From Chiloscyllium plagiosum (taxonomy: Eukaryota), in NCBI RefSeq assembly GCF_004010195.1, contig NC_057718.1, positions 98,270,876-98,303,298 on the forward strand: a DNA stretch of 32,423 bases, read 5' to 3'. The notes under the pieces are model-generated. The model had not been told where the DNA came from and did not search any database. It saw only the letters and a program-made list of their open reading frames with translations. A program made the position numbers and the translations under genes. Shown here in pieces: positions 11,297 to 22,612 of this stretch (positions are counted from its first letter, which is position 1; the number at the start of each line of letters is the position of its first letter).

Positions 11297-11775
11297 ACCG
11301 TCTTTCAGATGATACTCTGTTGTGCAGATATGAAAGCTCCCATGACACTGGTTCACAAAAGAACAGTGAAATCGCCTGATGTCTTGACCAAGATTTATCC
11401 CTCAGCATAACTGGAGCAGATGATCTAGTCATTATTATGTACTGGATTTTCTTGGAGGTTCTTGACAATGGTTGCATCTCTACCTTTGAACCAGATGGCC
11501 TCCGTTCAAGTCCCACCAGTTCCAGAGGAGTGCAGTAACATCTCTGAACAGGTTTGAGGCCCATTTGACACAGTGATAGTGTCCCCACCTCTGGGTCAGC
11601 AGGTCTGAATTCTAAGCCCTAGCTGCTCCACAGGTGTGTCAGAACAGCTCCGATCAAATTGTTAAGAAAATATTTACACATTAGTTTGTGGTACCTGGTT
11701 GGGTACAAATTAGCCCTCGTGTTTCCAACATTACAACCATGATAGTGCTTCAGATGCATTTTGAAGTACTTCCAA
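11297..11775 (+). mobile_element. DeuSINE central and 3' part, interrupted by two short tRNA-like SINEs (~11465-11675)
   Basis: Deu-domain-like tcccatgacact...gtcttgaccaagatttatccctca...gatctagtcatt and tttccaacattacaac; the nested SINEs resemble 18520-18627. Confidence 0.55.
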
Positions 11776-11777
11776 AC

Positions 11778-12352
11778 CATAGAAAACAGGAGTAGGAGTA
11801 GGCACTTGGCCCTTTCAGCCAGCTCCCCCATTCAATGTGATCATAGCTGATCATCCAACTCAGTCCCCTGTTCCTGCTTTCCCCCATATACTTTGACCCC
11901 TTTAACTCTAAGAATGATATCTAACTCCTTTATGAAAACATTCAATGTTTTCGTCTCAATTGTTTCCTGTGGCAGAGAATACTACAGGCTTAGCATGCTC
12001 TGGGTGTCAAAACTTTTACTCATCTCAGACCTAAACGGCCAACCCCATATGCGTTGACTGTGACCAGACCCCTGGCTCAGGACTCCCCAGTTACAGGGAA
12101 CATCCTTTCTACATGTGTCCAGTCTAGTCCTGTTAGAATTTTATCGGGTTCTATGTCATTTTCCTCTCATTCTTTGAACTTCAAATAGTACAGTCCTAAC
12201 CGTTCCAGTCTCTCTTCATATATCAGCCTTTGTACTCTCTCCAAAGCCACAATATTCTAATTTAGGTAAAGCTGCACACAATACTCCAGGTATGGTCTCT
12301 CCAAGCCCTGTACAACTGCAGCAAGACATCCTCGCTCCAGTACTCGAATCCT
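11778..12352 (-). mobile_element. CR1-group LINE 3' fragment
   Basis: catagaaaacaggagtaggagtaggc 3' end; the minus strand carries decayed DVLLQLYRA...HxxYCVQ. Confidence 0.8.
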
Positions 12353-13004
12353 GTCACTGTGAAGTACTTTATTCCCTGTAAATACACTGTGGTTATGAAA
12401 GATGCTATGTAAATGTACATTCCACTGGTACTGGTCATACTCACCACCAAGTTTCTTGAGGGTAGTGAGGATAACACGAGGAGTCGAAACAAGAGTAGGC
12501 CTACTCTGCTATACAATAAGATCTTGGTCAGCCTTAACTTCACCCTCCTGATCTCCAAATTCATTTAGATTCCAAAGGCCAATCACTCTCAGCCATGAAT
12601 GTATTCAGCAACTGTCCATCCACAGCTTTAGAGAGTGAGTAATAGTGAATTGCTGCAGAGTATAGCACCCTGGGTCCAGCATTGTCTTTTGGGCAACGGA
12701 CCCAATTTGTTTATCAAGGAACGCCTTGTCAGGTCGCAGGAAGAGAGCCAGTGCTCACATTCTTGGAGCAGGCAGGGACATTCCAGTGAAGGAAGTCATG
12801 CAAAGGAAGGAGGCATTGTTTGACACAGAGCAACCCAGGACTCCCAAAGGAGAGCTGCACAAGGCAACATGAGGAAGTAGTCAGAACACTAAGTGTAAAT
12901 GCAAAAGCCTCACCACTAAGGTGCATCTCAGCATTGGAGGGTAGTGTCCACCAGGTTACAGTTTTCAAGCTGCCCCACCATTTACACTGGTCACTCACTC
13001 AGGC

Positions 13005-14404
13005 AGGGCGATGGTACTGTGGTGGTAATGTCGCAGTGCTGACATCCAGCCTAATGCTGTCAGCACATGGGCTGTTAGTAAATCTGTATTATGGAGCTAA
13101 TCTCATCAATGGTGACCATGACCACTTTTATCATCAATCCTAAATACCCATCTGGTTCACTAATAACCTTCAGGGAAGGAAGTCTGTCATCCTTACCCAT
13201 TAGACGATAAAAAATAGGAGCAGACTAATGTCATTCGGCCCATTGAGTCTGCTCCACCATTCAATCATGGCTGATATGTTTCTCATCCCCATTCTCCTGC
13301 CTTCTTCCTGTAACCCTTGATCCCTTTACTAATCAGGAGCATATCTGTCTCTTGTCTTATGTACACTTAATAACCGGGCCTGTGTGGCAATGAGCTCCAC
13401 AGATTCATCACCCGCTGGCTGCAGAAATTCCTCCTCATCTCAATTCAAAAGGATTGGCCCTTCACTCTGACGTTGTGCCCTCAGGTCCTCGTCTCTCCTT
13501 ACTATTGGAAATATCATGTTCACGTCTACTGTATCCAGCCCTCTCAGTATTCTAGAAAGTTTTGGTTAGATTCCCCCCCTCATTCTTCTAAACTCCATTG
13601 ATTAAAGACTCAGAATCCTCAACTGCTCCCCAAATGACAAGCCTTTGATCCCCGGAATCATTCCTGTGAACCTCCACTGGACCCCCTCCAATGCCAGCAC
13701 TTCCTCTCCTTGATACAAGGCTCAAAACTGCTCACAATATTCAAAATACAGTCTGACCAGAGCCTTATATAGGCTCAGCAGTACATCCTTGCTCTAGGCC
13801 TCTGGAAAAGAATGTTTACATTGTATTTGCCTTTCTAATTGCCAGCACATTAACCTTAAGAGAATCTTGAACTAAGATTCCCAAGTCCTTTTGTGCTTAA
13901 GATATACAAAGCCTTTTCCCATTTACAAAACAGTCTGTTTCTCTATTCTTCCAACCAAAGTGCATAATCTCACACTTTTCCACATTGTATTCCATCTGCC
14001 ACTTCTTTGCCCTCTCTCCTAACTTGTCCAAGTCCATCTGCAGCCTTCCCCTTCCTCAACACTACCTGTTCCTCCATCTATCTTTCTGTCACCTATAAAC
14101 CTAGCAACAATGCCCTCAGCTCCTTTGTCTAGATCATTAATATGTAAAATAAATAGTTTGGTTCCAACACTGACCCCTGTAGAGCTCCACTCATCATTGG
14201 CATCCTGAAAAAGATCTCTTTATCCCTATCTTTGCTTTCTGCCAGTCAGCCAATCCTCTTTCCGTGAGGATATCTGATCTGGCCTAACATTGGTGACTCC
14301 AGACCAAGATCAATGTGGTTGACTCTTAACTACCTTCTAAAATAACCTAATGAACCACACATCTCAAAGACATTTGGGAATGGGTGTCTTCGCTGGCAGT
14401 GCCC
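13005..14404 (+). mobile_element. Ancient SINE (cccatctggttcactaat family), 13005-13200 plus 14275-14404, split by a LINE
   Basis: cccatctggttcactaat...gggaaggaagtctg continues as tctggcct...gtgactccagac...aatgtggttgactcttaac; the same family occurs at 14720, 29780 and 30500. Confidence 0.65.
13202..14272 (-). mobile_element. CR1-group LINE RT and 3' end fragment
   Basis: 3'-end aaataggagcag...cattcggccc; reverse of GSVLxP, DRLGERAKKWQMEYNV.KCE.MHFG. Confidence 0.85.
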
Positions 14405-14699
14405 ATGAAAGAATCAGTGAAAGATTGCAATTGTCAATGCTTGGAAGGGAGCATTGTCATTTAATGTGGCTTGCAAGAGTCTGGCGTATAATGTCATCAC
14501 AGTGGTTATGGGTTAAATGCAGCCTACTACATATTGCTAGATGTCACAGTCCTGTTGGCTTCTTTTTCAAAAGCGAACCAGCCCCCATTGGTCAGAAGAA
14601 AGCTTTAACAGGTGACAGACACCTGTGCCTCCACATTAAATGACAATACACCCTTCCAAACATTGACAATTGTAATCTTTCACTGATTCTCACTTTCAT
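14405..14699. repeat. Inverted repeat / MITE-like element
   Basis: 14411-14469 is the reverse complement of 14631-14689 at 55/59 nt, with extra atgaaa/tttcat ends and a ~160 bp spacer. Confidence 0.8.
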
Positions 14700-14830
14700 A
14701 TAGAAGAAGTTTAACATTAAAAGCGAGTCAAATGGTGACCTTTTAACCATGTCGTTAAAAACCCATCTGGTTCACTAATGCTCTTCAGGGAAGGATTCCT
14801 CCTGTCCTTACTAGTTCTGGCCTGTTTGTT

Positions 14831-15058
14831 AGTCTAGATTAGAGTGGTTCTGGAAAAGCACAGCAAATCAGGCACCATCCGAAGAGCAGGAAAGTTGACG
14901 TTTCGGGCAAAAGCCCTTCATCAGGAAGAGCTTTTGTTCATTCCTAATGAAGGGCTTTTGCCTGAAACATCGATTTTCCTGCTCCTCGGATGCTGTCTGA
15001 TCTGCTGTGCTTTTACAGAACCACTCTAATTTAGACTCTGATTTCCAGCCTCACTTTT
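14831..15058 (+). mobile_element. Palindromic HHR family-A element (two divergent HHR motifs) inserted in an ancient SINE
   Basis: Arms ~14831-14927 and ~14941-15037. Minus core is intact (CTGATGA A GGGC TTTT GCCC GAAACGTC, 14924-14897); plus core is mutated (CTAATGA). Imperfect TSD ctgg(cc/tt)tgtttgt at 14817 and 15061. Confidence 0.88.
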
Positions 15059-15215
15059 GCCTGGTTTGTTTGTGACTCCAGGCCTACAGAATGTGGATGA
15101 CACTGAAGTAGACTTGCAACTGCCTGGAGAGCCAATCAGTTCAAGGCCATTCAGGATGGATACTAGTTTGCCTGGCATACCCACATCACACTCAAGAATG
15201 AAACATAATAAACGC

Positions 15216-15850
15216 TTAGAGTCGTGGAATCCTACAGCAGAGAAACAGATTCTTTGGTCCAACCAGTTCACACCAACCATGTTCCCAAACTAAACTAGTC
15301 CCAACTGCCTATGTTTAGCCCATATCCTTCTGAAACTTTCCTATTCATGTACTTATCCAAATGTCTTTTAAATGTTGTAGCTTAACCGATATCCACCACT
15401 TTCTCTGGCAATCCATTCTACACACAAAACACTCTTTCTGTAAAAAAAGGTTGTCTTCATGTCCATTTGAAATCTTTGTCCTCTCGCCTCTAAAATATGC
15501 CCCCTAGTTTTGACTTCCGCCATTGTAGGGAAAAGAGACTTGACATTCACTCTATCTATGCCCCTCATGGTTTTAAAAGCCTCAGCAAGGTCACCCCCTC
15601 AACTTCCACTGGAAAAAAGTCCCATCTTTCCAGGCGATTTTTCTATCTCAAACCCTCCATACCCGGCAACATCGTGGTAAATCTTTTCTGAATCCTGTCC
15701 AGTTTAATAATGTCCTTCCAACAACAGGGCAATCAAATCTGTACACAGTACTCCAAAAAAGTACAACCTCAACATGAAGTCCCAACTCCTGTACCTAAAG
15801 GGTGAACAAAAAGGCTAAAAGCCTTCTTAACCACTCTGTCGACCTGTGAC
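15216..15850 (-). mobile_element. CR1/HER1 LINE 3' fragment
   Basis: MRGIDRVN..LFP...KTRGH motif in the ORF track; typical 3' UTR. Confidence 0.85.
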
Positions 15851-16214
15851 AGTTTTGTTTTGTGGAGATACCAGGGCTATATTTGATGGTGTGTGGCATA
15901 TGATTATTTAGCAATAGCAGGGTTTAGAAGGGGGCATTTACACAACACTGTAATACACTGCAATGGCACCAGTATCACCTAAGTTCCAAGATTGAACTCC
16001 AAAGGCTAGTCTCTGTTCCGATCATATTGATAGCTGGGGTGCAGGAGTGGAGAAGGTTGTCTGTTCCAGCTCTAAAAACCTTGGTGATTAGTTTCACAAA
16101 GCAATGAGGCAGGACTTTACTTGCACCAATGAGTCTACAGGTCAGTGGCTGTGCAGAACACACACTATGGGAAATCTTGAACCAGAGACCACAATCACAG
16201 AGTAAAGAGTTGGG

Positions 16215-16710
16215 ATGATGTTGGTGCTGGGGGGGAGTTTCTTCTCTCAGATGGCAATGAATCTGTGGGAGAGAGCGAGCTGTTGAGGCTGTGTTATTAA
16301 GTAAATTCAAGGCTGAGATAGATTGTTAAGCAGTAAGGGAAGTAAGGGTTATGGGGAAAAGGCAGAAAATTGGAGTTGAGGGTTGAGAGTCAGAAAGTGT
16401 GGTGCTGGAAAAGCACAGCAGGTCAGGTAGCATCCTTCATTTCCCCTCACCACACCCCCACCCCCCCACCCCTCCACCCCATTCCTGATGAAGGCTTATG
16501 CCTGAAACGTCAACTCTCCTGCTCCTCGGATGCTGCCTGACCTGCTGTGCTTTTCCAGCACCATACTTTTTGACTCTGACTCTCCAGCTTCTGCAGTCCT
16601 CACTTTCTCCTCCTTGGAGTTGAGCAATTTCAGACAAGTCATGGTTTCATTGAGTAATGGAGCAAAACCATTGGGGTGAATGGTCTACTTCTGTTCCTCA
16701 CTCTTACGCA
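16215..16710 (+). mobile_element. CR1-group LINE 3' end hosting an HHR element
   Basis: ttcttctctcag...aatctgtgg...ttcaaggctgagatagat...gaatggtctacttctgttcct. Confidence 0.7.
16381..16613 (+). mobile_element. HHR family-A element with 5' inverted segment and C-rich spacer, exact 11 bp TSD
   Basis: TSD ttggagttgag at 16370-16380 and 16614-16624. HHR: CTGATGA (16485-16491) AGGC TTAT GCCT GAAACGTC. Confidence 0.9.
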
Positions 16711-17319
16711 CTGTTCTCAAGATGTAGCAGGAGCCGATACCAGGTGATGCCACCATTTTCCTGAGAAAGGGAGTTGGGCCAGGCTGACCAAGAACTAGCG
16801 CAAAAGGTGTAGCTTAGGGCAAATCCAACGATACCATATGGAAAGGGTCAAATCAATCCTAATGTTTTCTCTTTTTTTGGACAAAACAGATAAACGTGAC
16901 AATATTGAATTTATGTAACATCTTTAACCTAATAACACTTAAGGTTTTTCACAGAAGCATTGTATAGTAGCATTTCTTAATCCACAGCAGATGGCCTGTT
17001 AATCAAAGCAGTCCAGTAAGGTTTGTTTTAGTTGTATGACAGCTACATCCATCATAGAGGCCTACAACACAGAAAAGGCCCTTTGGCCCGGCGAGTCAAT
17101 GCTGGTCAAAACAACCACTTAACTGTTCTTATAAGTTTAAAGAGTAGGGGATTTAAAAATGTACAGATTATAACAATTTACAGACCTAATCCACCCTTCA
17201 AGTGTATCTATGTCTGCTTCATCAACCACCCATCCTCCCAATTCTCACACATGTACAAACATTCTGCTTTATTTAGCACATCAGAAACACACACCAAGAC
17301 CCCCATTGTCCCACATACC

Positions 17320-17700
17320 CGTGTTCACTGAGTGGCCTTGACTCCCAGTTAAACAATATCTCATTTCTAAAGTTCTATTTTCAATCCATCCGTGACCTTG
17401 ACTCCATCCTACCTCTCTCACCTCCTCTTGTCCTGTAACACCCTGAGATTGTAGCACTTTAAATGCTGGGCCATTAGTGGCTATGCCATCAGCAGCCAGG
17501 GCCTTAATCTCTGGAATTCCCTTCCTAAGACTGTCTGACCTCTCCTTCGTTCCTAACTGTTAGACCAGATTTTTTGTTTTCTGTCCTTGTATCTCCTCTC
17601 ACAGCTGGGCCATGCATTTTATTTAATAAAACTCCTGTGAAGTAATTTGATCCCTTTTACGACACTGAAGACGCAAAAAGAACACAAGTTGTTGTTGTTT
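17320..17700 (+). mobile_element. L2-like LINE 3' end
   Basis: Decayed LHWLPVKQ..FK-type C-terminal region, ctctggaattcccttcc and a gttgttgtt tail. Confidence 0.6.
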
Positions 17701-18264
17701 AGAAAGGAAGTCCAAAGTCTACTCATGCGGACCTTCCTTTTGAAATGATACAAGTAAACAGCAGCGGCTTTTGTAACAGAAGTAGCATTATCTCAACCTA
17801 ATAGTCTGAACTCACGCAAACAAAGATTTCTTGGTGTGAGTCATTGTTGGTGTGCTGGGTGACTGGTGTCCCTGTTGTTTGCTGAATATAATTTGGGTGA
17901 ATAATTAAATCTTTGGTTCATTGGGATTCTCGCAACCAAATCAAGCTTTGTCATGGATTCTTAATTGTTTTCAGCCATTATCTCAGTACTCTGTGCGTAA
18001 AGAACTCTTCCATCATGAACTTTGGTAGCTTGTCCATGTACACAGCCTGGGTCATCTTGGTGGTCTGAACTTCAATACTTGGACATCCTGAAATACACTG
18101 GGAAAAAAAGCAAATATGTCCCAATAATTGCAATGATTCAACCTTAACAACGGTGATTATACACGCTATTTGATTTGGGATTATTTTCCGCAACAGTTTT
18201 TTACAATTCTTATTTTACTTGTGCTTCCTTTGGAATTGAATCAGTTGTCAGCGCTGTATAGAAG

Positions 18265-18725
18265 CATCGAAAAAGGAGTAGAAATAGGCCATTCGGCCCT
18301 TCGATCCTGTTTCACCATTCAATATGATCATGGCTGATCATCCAACTCGGCATCCTGTTCCTGCTTTGCCCCCTTTTCTTTGTTTGTTTGCTTTTAGCCC
18401 CAAGAATTAAACCTAATTCCTCCTTGAAAACATGCAATGTTTTGGCCTCAGGCAGGGAATGTAATAGTCTCACTAAATAATTCCCCCCATATCTTTAGAC
18501 TGTGACCCCTGAGCCCTCTTGTGGCATGATGGTAGTGTCCCTATCTATAGACTGGGAGGCGAGGGTTCAAGTCCTACCTGCTCCAGAGGTGTGAAGTAAC
18601 ATCTCTGAACAGTTTGATTAGGAAAATGGACAGTGATTCCGGACTCCCTGGCTATGAGGAACGTCTTCTTTGAATACTTCAAGAATTATGTAGGATTCTA
18701 TGAGGCTCCCCCCACCCCACCTCCA
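18265..18725 (-). mobile_element. CR1-group 3' fragment with nested short tRNA-like SINE (+, 18520-18627)
   Basis: Similar to 11778-12170; nested gtggcatgatggtagtgtccc...gggttcaagtcc. Confidence 0.7.
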
Positions 18726-18889
18726 TTCTTCAGTCCCACACACTGACTTCACTCTGTACCACTTTGACAAAGAGAAATAAAATTTCCTCCATCAGCTCTG
18801 TATGTTTAGAAGTTCTAAGTGCACAGAGGACTTGACAAACACAGAGTTCCTGCTGATCTTTAGTCCGATGCCAGCCTAGCCTTTGGACC

Positions 18890-19005
18890 GGAGAAAGGCA
18901 AGACATTGTGGCTGCTGGGAATCGGAAGTAAAAGCGAGAAAATGCCAGCAATGCCCAGCAGGGCAGGCAGCACCCGATGAGAGAATCACAGACTTAACAA
19001 CCAGG
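18890..19005 (-). mobile_element. Old, diverged relative of the HHR/PLE short elements (3' end only)
   Basis: tgtggctgctgggaatcggaag...cagcagggcaggcagcacc parallels tgcagatgctggag...cagcaggtcaggcagcatcc of family A; no HHR recognisable. Confidence 0.5.
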
Positions 19006-19167
19006 TTTTCTTGTCCTTGAGATGAGGAGTAGGGGTCAGGGTAGTTCCCAGCTTGGCCCATTGGCCCTGAGAGAAAGTGCCAGGGAAGAGAGGGATATTA
19101 ATATTTGGTGGGGGAAGGGGTAATTTGCAGGAATGATCATCCCAGTTACAATGAATCTTTCTTTTTC

Positions 19168-20195
19168 GCACACACACACACTCTCTCTCACACACAAGCA
19201 CACACACTCTCTCTCTCGCTCACACACACTCTCACTCTCACACCCACACCCTCACTCACACACACTCTCACATCTACACCCTCACTCACACACACACTCT
19301 CTCTCTCACACACACACACTCACATACTCTCACACACACACGCACACACANNNNNNNNNNNNNNNNNNNNNNNNNNNNNNNNNNNNNNNNNNNNNNNNNN
19401 NNNNNNNNNNNNNNNNNNNNNNNNNNNNNNNNNNNNNNNNNNNNNNNNNNNNNNNNNNNNNNNNNNNNNNNNNNNNNNNNNNNNNNNNNNNNNNNNNNNN
19501 NNNNNNNNNNNNNNNNNNNNNNNNNNNNNNNNNNNNNNNNNNNNNNNNNNNNNNNNNNNNNNNNNNNNNNNNNNNNNNNNNNNNNNNNNNNNNNNNNNNN
19601 NNNNNNNNNNNNNNNNNNNNNNNNNNNNNNNNNNNNNNNNNNNNNNNNNNNNNNNNNNNNNNNNNNNNNNNNNNNNNNNNNNNNNNNNNNNNNNNNNNNN
19701 NNNNNNNNNNNNNNNNNNNNNNNNNNNNNNNNNNNNNNNNNNNNNNNNNNNNNNNNNNNNNNNNNNNNNNNNNNNNNNNNNNNNNNNNNNNNNNNNNNNN
19801 NNNNNNNNNNNNNNNNNNNNNNNNNNNNNNNNNNNNNNNNNNNNNNNNNNNNNNNNNNNNNNNNNNNNNNNNNNNNNNNNNNNNNNNNNNNNNNNNNNNN
19901 NNNNNNNNNNNNNNNNNNNNNNNNNNNNNNNNNNNNNNNNNNNNNNNNNNNNNNNNNNNNNNNNNNNNNNNNNNNNNNNNNNNNNNNNNNNNNNNNNNNN
20001 NNNNNNNNNNNNNNNNNNNNNNNNNNACACACACATACCCTCTCTCACTCACACACCTACACACACATACCCTCTCTCACTCACACACACTCTCACTCAC
20101 ACACACACACATACCCTCTCTCACTCACACACCTACACACACATACCCTCTCTCACTCACACACACTCTCAGTCACACACAGACACACACACACA
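19168..20195. repeat. (CA)n/(CT)n compound microsatellite, with ~32 bp higher-order units after the gap
   Basis: Direct reading; the unit acacatacccTctctcactcacacacctac recurs in 20027-20165. Confidence 0.95.
19351..20026. other. Assembly gap (676 N)
   Basis: Run of N. Confidence 1.
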
Positions 20196-20414
20196 AAACA
20201 CCCTCCCTGTTTCTGGAAGACAGAGGAGACTCAGTGACGAAGAAGTTCTTGAGAGGGAGGGAGAGAAGAATTAGCAGATTTGCCGTGTGCTGTTGGCTGA
20301 GACAAAAACGAGGAGGAAGACCCAAGACATGCCATGAGAAGAAGAAAGCAAAGTGAGGAGACAGTCTCGAGGAACACCATCTTTGCAGTGGACAGTTTCA
20401 ACTCTTCCAACAAT

Positions 20415-20877
20415 CAAAGAATCAATAGAAATAGGCCACTCTGCCCATTACGTCCACACTGACCCTCTGAAGAGCATCCTACCCAAATCCACAGCCCCTA
20501 CCCTATAAACCTGCATTGCCTTTGGCCAATCCACCTAACCTACACATCTTTGGACTGTAAGAGGAAACCAGAGCACATAGAGGAAGCTCATGCAGACACA
20601 GGGAGAATGTGCAAACTCCACGCAGACAGTTACTTTGGGGTGAAATTGAACCCAGATCCCTGGAACCGTGAGAGTCAAAAAGTGTGGCACTGAAAAAGGG
20701 CTTCATCAGAAAGGCTCATGCCCAAAACGTCGACTCTCCTGCTCCTCGGATGCTGCCTGACCTTCTGTGCTTTTCCAGCACCACATTGTTAAACTCTGAC
20801 TCGCCAACATCTGCAGTCCTCACTTTCTCCTGGGGCTGTGAGGCAGCAGTGCTAACCACTGAGCCACTATGCCACCA
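20415..20877 (-). mobile_element. HE1-like SINE, interrupted by an HHR element
   Basis: ggccaatccacctaacctacacatctttggactg...gcagtgctaaccactgagccac. Confidence 0.85.
20671..20830 (+). mobile_element. HHR family-A element with short 5' inversion and scrambled core
   Basis: Inverted agagtcaaaaagtgtgg, inverted cttcatcag, then ggctcatgcccaaaacgtcgac. Degenerate TSD cctgg....gtgag at 20659 and 20829. Confidence 0.8.
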
Positions 20878-21439
20878 GCCGCAAAAAGTTAACTCGTCCC
20901 ATCTCCACCCCCATTATTTTGCTTTCTTTGCATGGTTTCGTCTCCCTCTATTATTCTGTTTCAGCCAGCAGCACTTACTCTAGACTCTGCGCATGCTTTT
21001 TTTTGTTACTTTGCTTACCCAATCTCCACAACCTTTGGTTTGGTGGGGTGGTGTTGCCAGCAGGTTAACATTTTCTATGAATTTGCACTTCAGAGAGTTA
21101 ACTAAAACCTGGGATGCTGGGGATCATTCCTCTGCTCTCTATTGATCATGGGATCTAAGAACCACCCAAAAATAGGCAGGTAAGACCTTGATGTAACATC
21201 CCATCAAAGAAGTATTCCCTGCATCCTAACCTCTCTCAGGGTGAGGAGTGGAATTTGAACCCAGAAGTTTGTCATTGTGGAGGCAAGTATGCCACTTAGA
21301 TTTCATAAATTAAGATCCTCTCTATAAAGTGTTTAATAAGAAGGGAGTATATGGGGATTTTTTTACTGTATTTTAGTTGTAATCATGAACAAATTGTCTT
21401 ATCTGTAAATTAAAATGTTTACCACATTGGAGACCCCAT

Positions 21440-21688
21440 TTCATAGCATCCAAGCCCATTGAGTCCCCAATGCCTTCCCACTCAATCCCTGCTTTTTATA
21501 TCACTCATCCACCTAGCCTGCACACTATAAGCAATTTAGCATGGCCAATCCACATAACCTGCACAGCTTTGGACTGTGGGAGGAAACCAAAGCACCCAGA
21601 GGGAATGCATACAGACAGTCACCCAAGGCTGGGACTGAACCCAGGTCCCTGGGGCTGTGAGGTAGCAGTGCTAGCCATTGAGCCACTT
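21440..21688 (-). mobile_element. HE1-like SINE
   Basis: gcaatttagcatggccaatccac...tttggactgtgggaggaaacc...gcagtgctagccattgagccac. Confidence 0.85.
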
Positions 21689-21704
21689 GTCAGACATTTG
21701 TGTG

Positions 21705-21828
21705 GAGAAAGTGAGGTCTGCAGATGCTGGAGATCAAAGTTGAAACTTTATTGCTGGAACAGCACAGCAGGTCAGGCAGCATCCAGGGAACAGGAGATTC
21801 GACGTTTCGGGCACAGGCCCTTCTTCAG
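21705..21828 (-). mobile_element. HHR family-A element, exact 15 bp TSD, 5' end at the ribozyme core
   Basis: TSD tcagacatttgtgtg at 21690-21704 and 21825-21839. Minus strand: CTGAAGA (21828-21822) A GGGC CTGT GCCC GAAACGTC GAAT. Confidence 0.92.
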
Positions 21829-22369
21829 ACATTTGTGTGAAATGTGGGAATGATGAATTGCCTGCACTTGAAAAGCAGTAACTTATTCATGAACAGAATT
21901 GCCATTTCTTATATTTAACTGAATTTTGCAAATCGCCAGTCACTTCAGGGTTTTTGAATGGTAAATGAGAAAGAAGGGGTAAGGGCTGATTAATTAAATG
22001 GCATGAATTAAACAAACGTATTCCATTATCCACATCATTCCACATATCTGTTGGACTTATGACTTTTGTGCTGTGCAAATTTAGAATCCGTGCTTGACTG
22101 CAAGTTGTCATGGTTCTTCCAATGGAAGAGAAGTTAGTTATTTGTTTGCTCTGTACTTTGTACAACACTCTTGAATAGCGCCTTGGGAATACATCTCGAT
22201 ATCATATTATCAGTTTGTATCATATCATTCCTGTAACTGTGGAAGGTTATTGAGGGGGGACTTGTTTAGTTTAATATTTACCGTGTTGGGGGGTCACTAC
22301 AAGTCTTGACAGTTTTTACCCTGAAGACAGTGCTTCCTGCTTTGACCCTGTTTCAAGGTTCATGGTCAT

Positions 22370-22612
22370 GACTGAATTTCATCACCCAAAGAAAGTGGTT
22401 AGGCTGTGGAATTAGCTACAACAGAAAGTAGTCACAGCCAAAACATTGTATGATTTTAGGAAAGAGTTAGACATAACGCTTGTCCATAAAGGGATCAAAT
22501 GAAATAGGAGATGAGAGAACAGGCTATTGAGTTGGATGAGCAACCATGATCATAGTGAATGGTGGAGCAGATTCAAAGGACTGAATGGCCTATACCTGTT
22601 CCTTTTTCTCTC
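22370..22612 (+). mobile_element. CR1-group LINE 3' end
   Basis: ttcatcacccaaag...ctgtggaat...gactgaatggcctatacctgttcct. Confidence 0.7.

Larger units (their letters stand above)
5662..11299 (-). mobile_element. CR1/HER1 3' fragment (5662-5746 plus 10875-11299) split by the Penelope insertion
   Basis: gtcatagagatgtacagc 3' end, resuming at tctagtcccatttgcc; colinear with the intact copy at 24001-24520. Confidence 0.9.

Noticed and set aside
10797..11588. 263 aa ORF on the minus strand
   Set aside because: Chimera of SINE sequence, CR1 ORF2 C-terminus and pLTR; not a gene.
12650..13000. Possible old L1/Tx1-type fragment
   Set aside because: No motif could be read with confidence.
19105..20356. 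Long ORFs (242-407 aa) in the track
   Set aside because: Artefacts of the N gap and the CA/CT microsatellite.
20200..20412. Purine-rich, exon-looking stretch after the microsatellite
   Set aside because: No convincing splice pair or recognisable protein; left unassigned.
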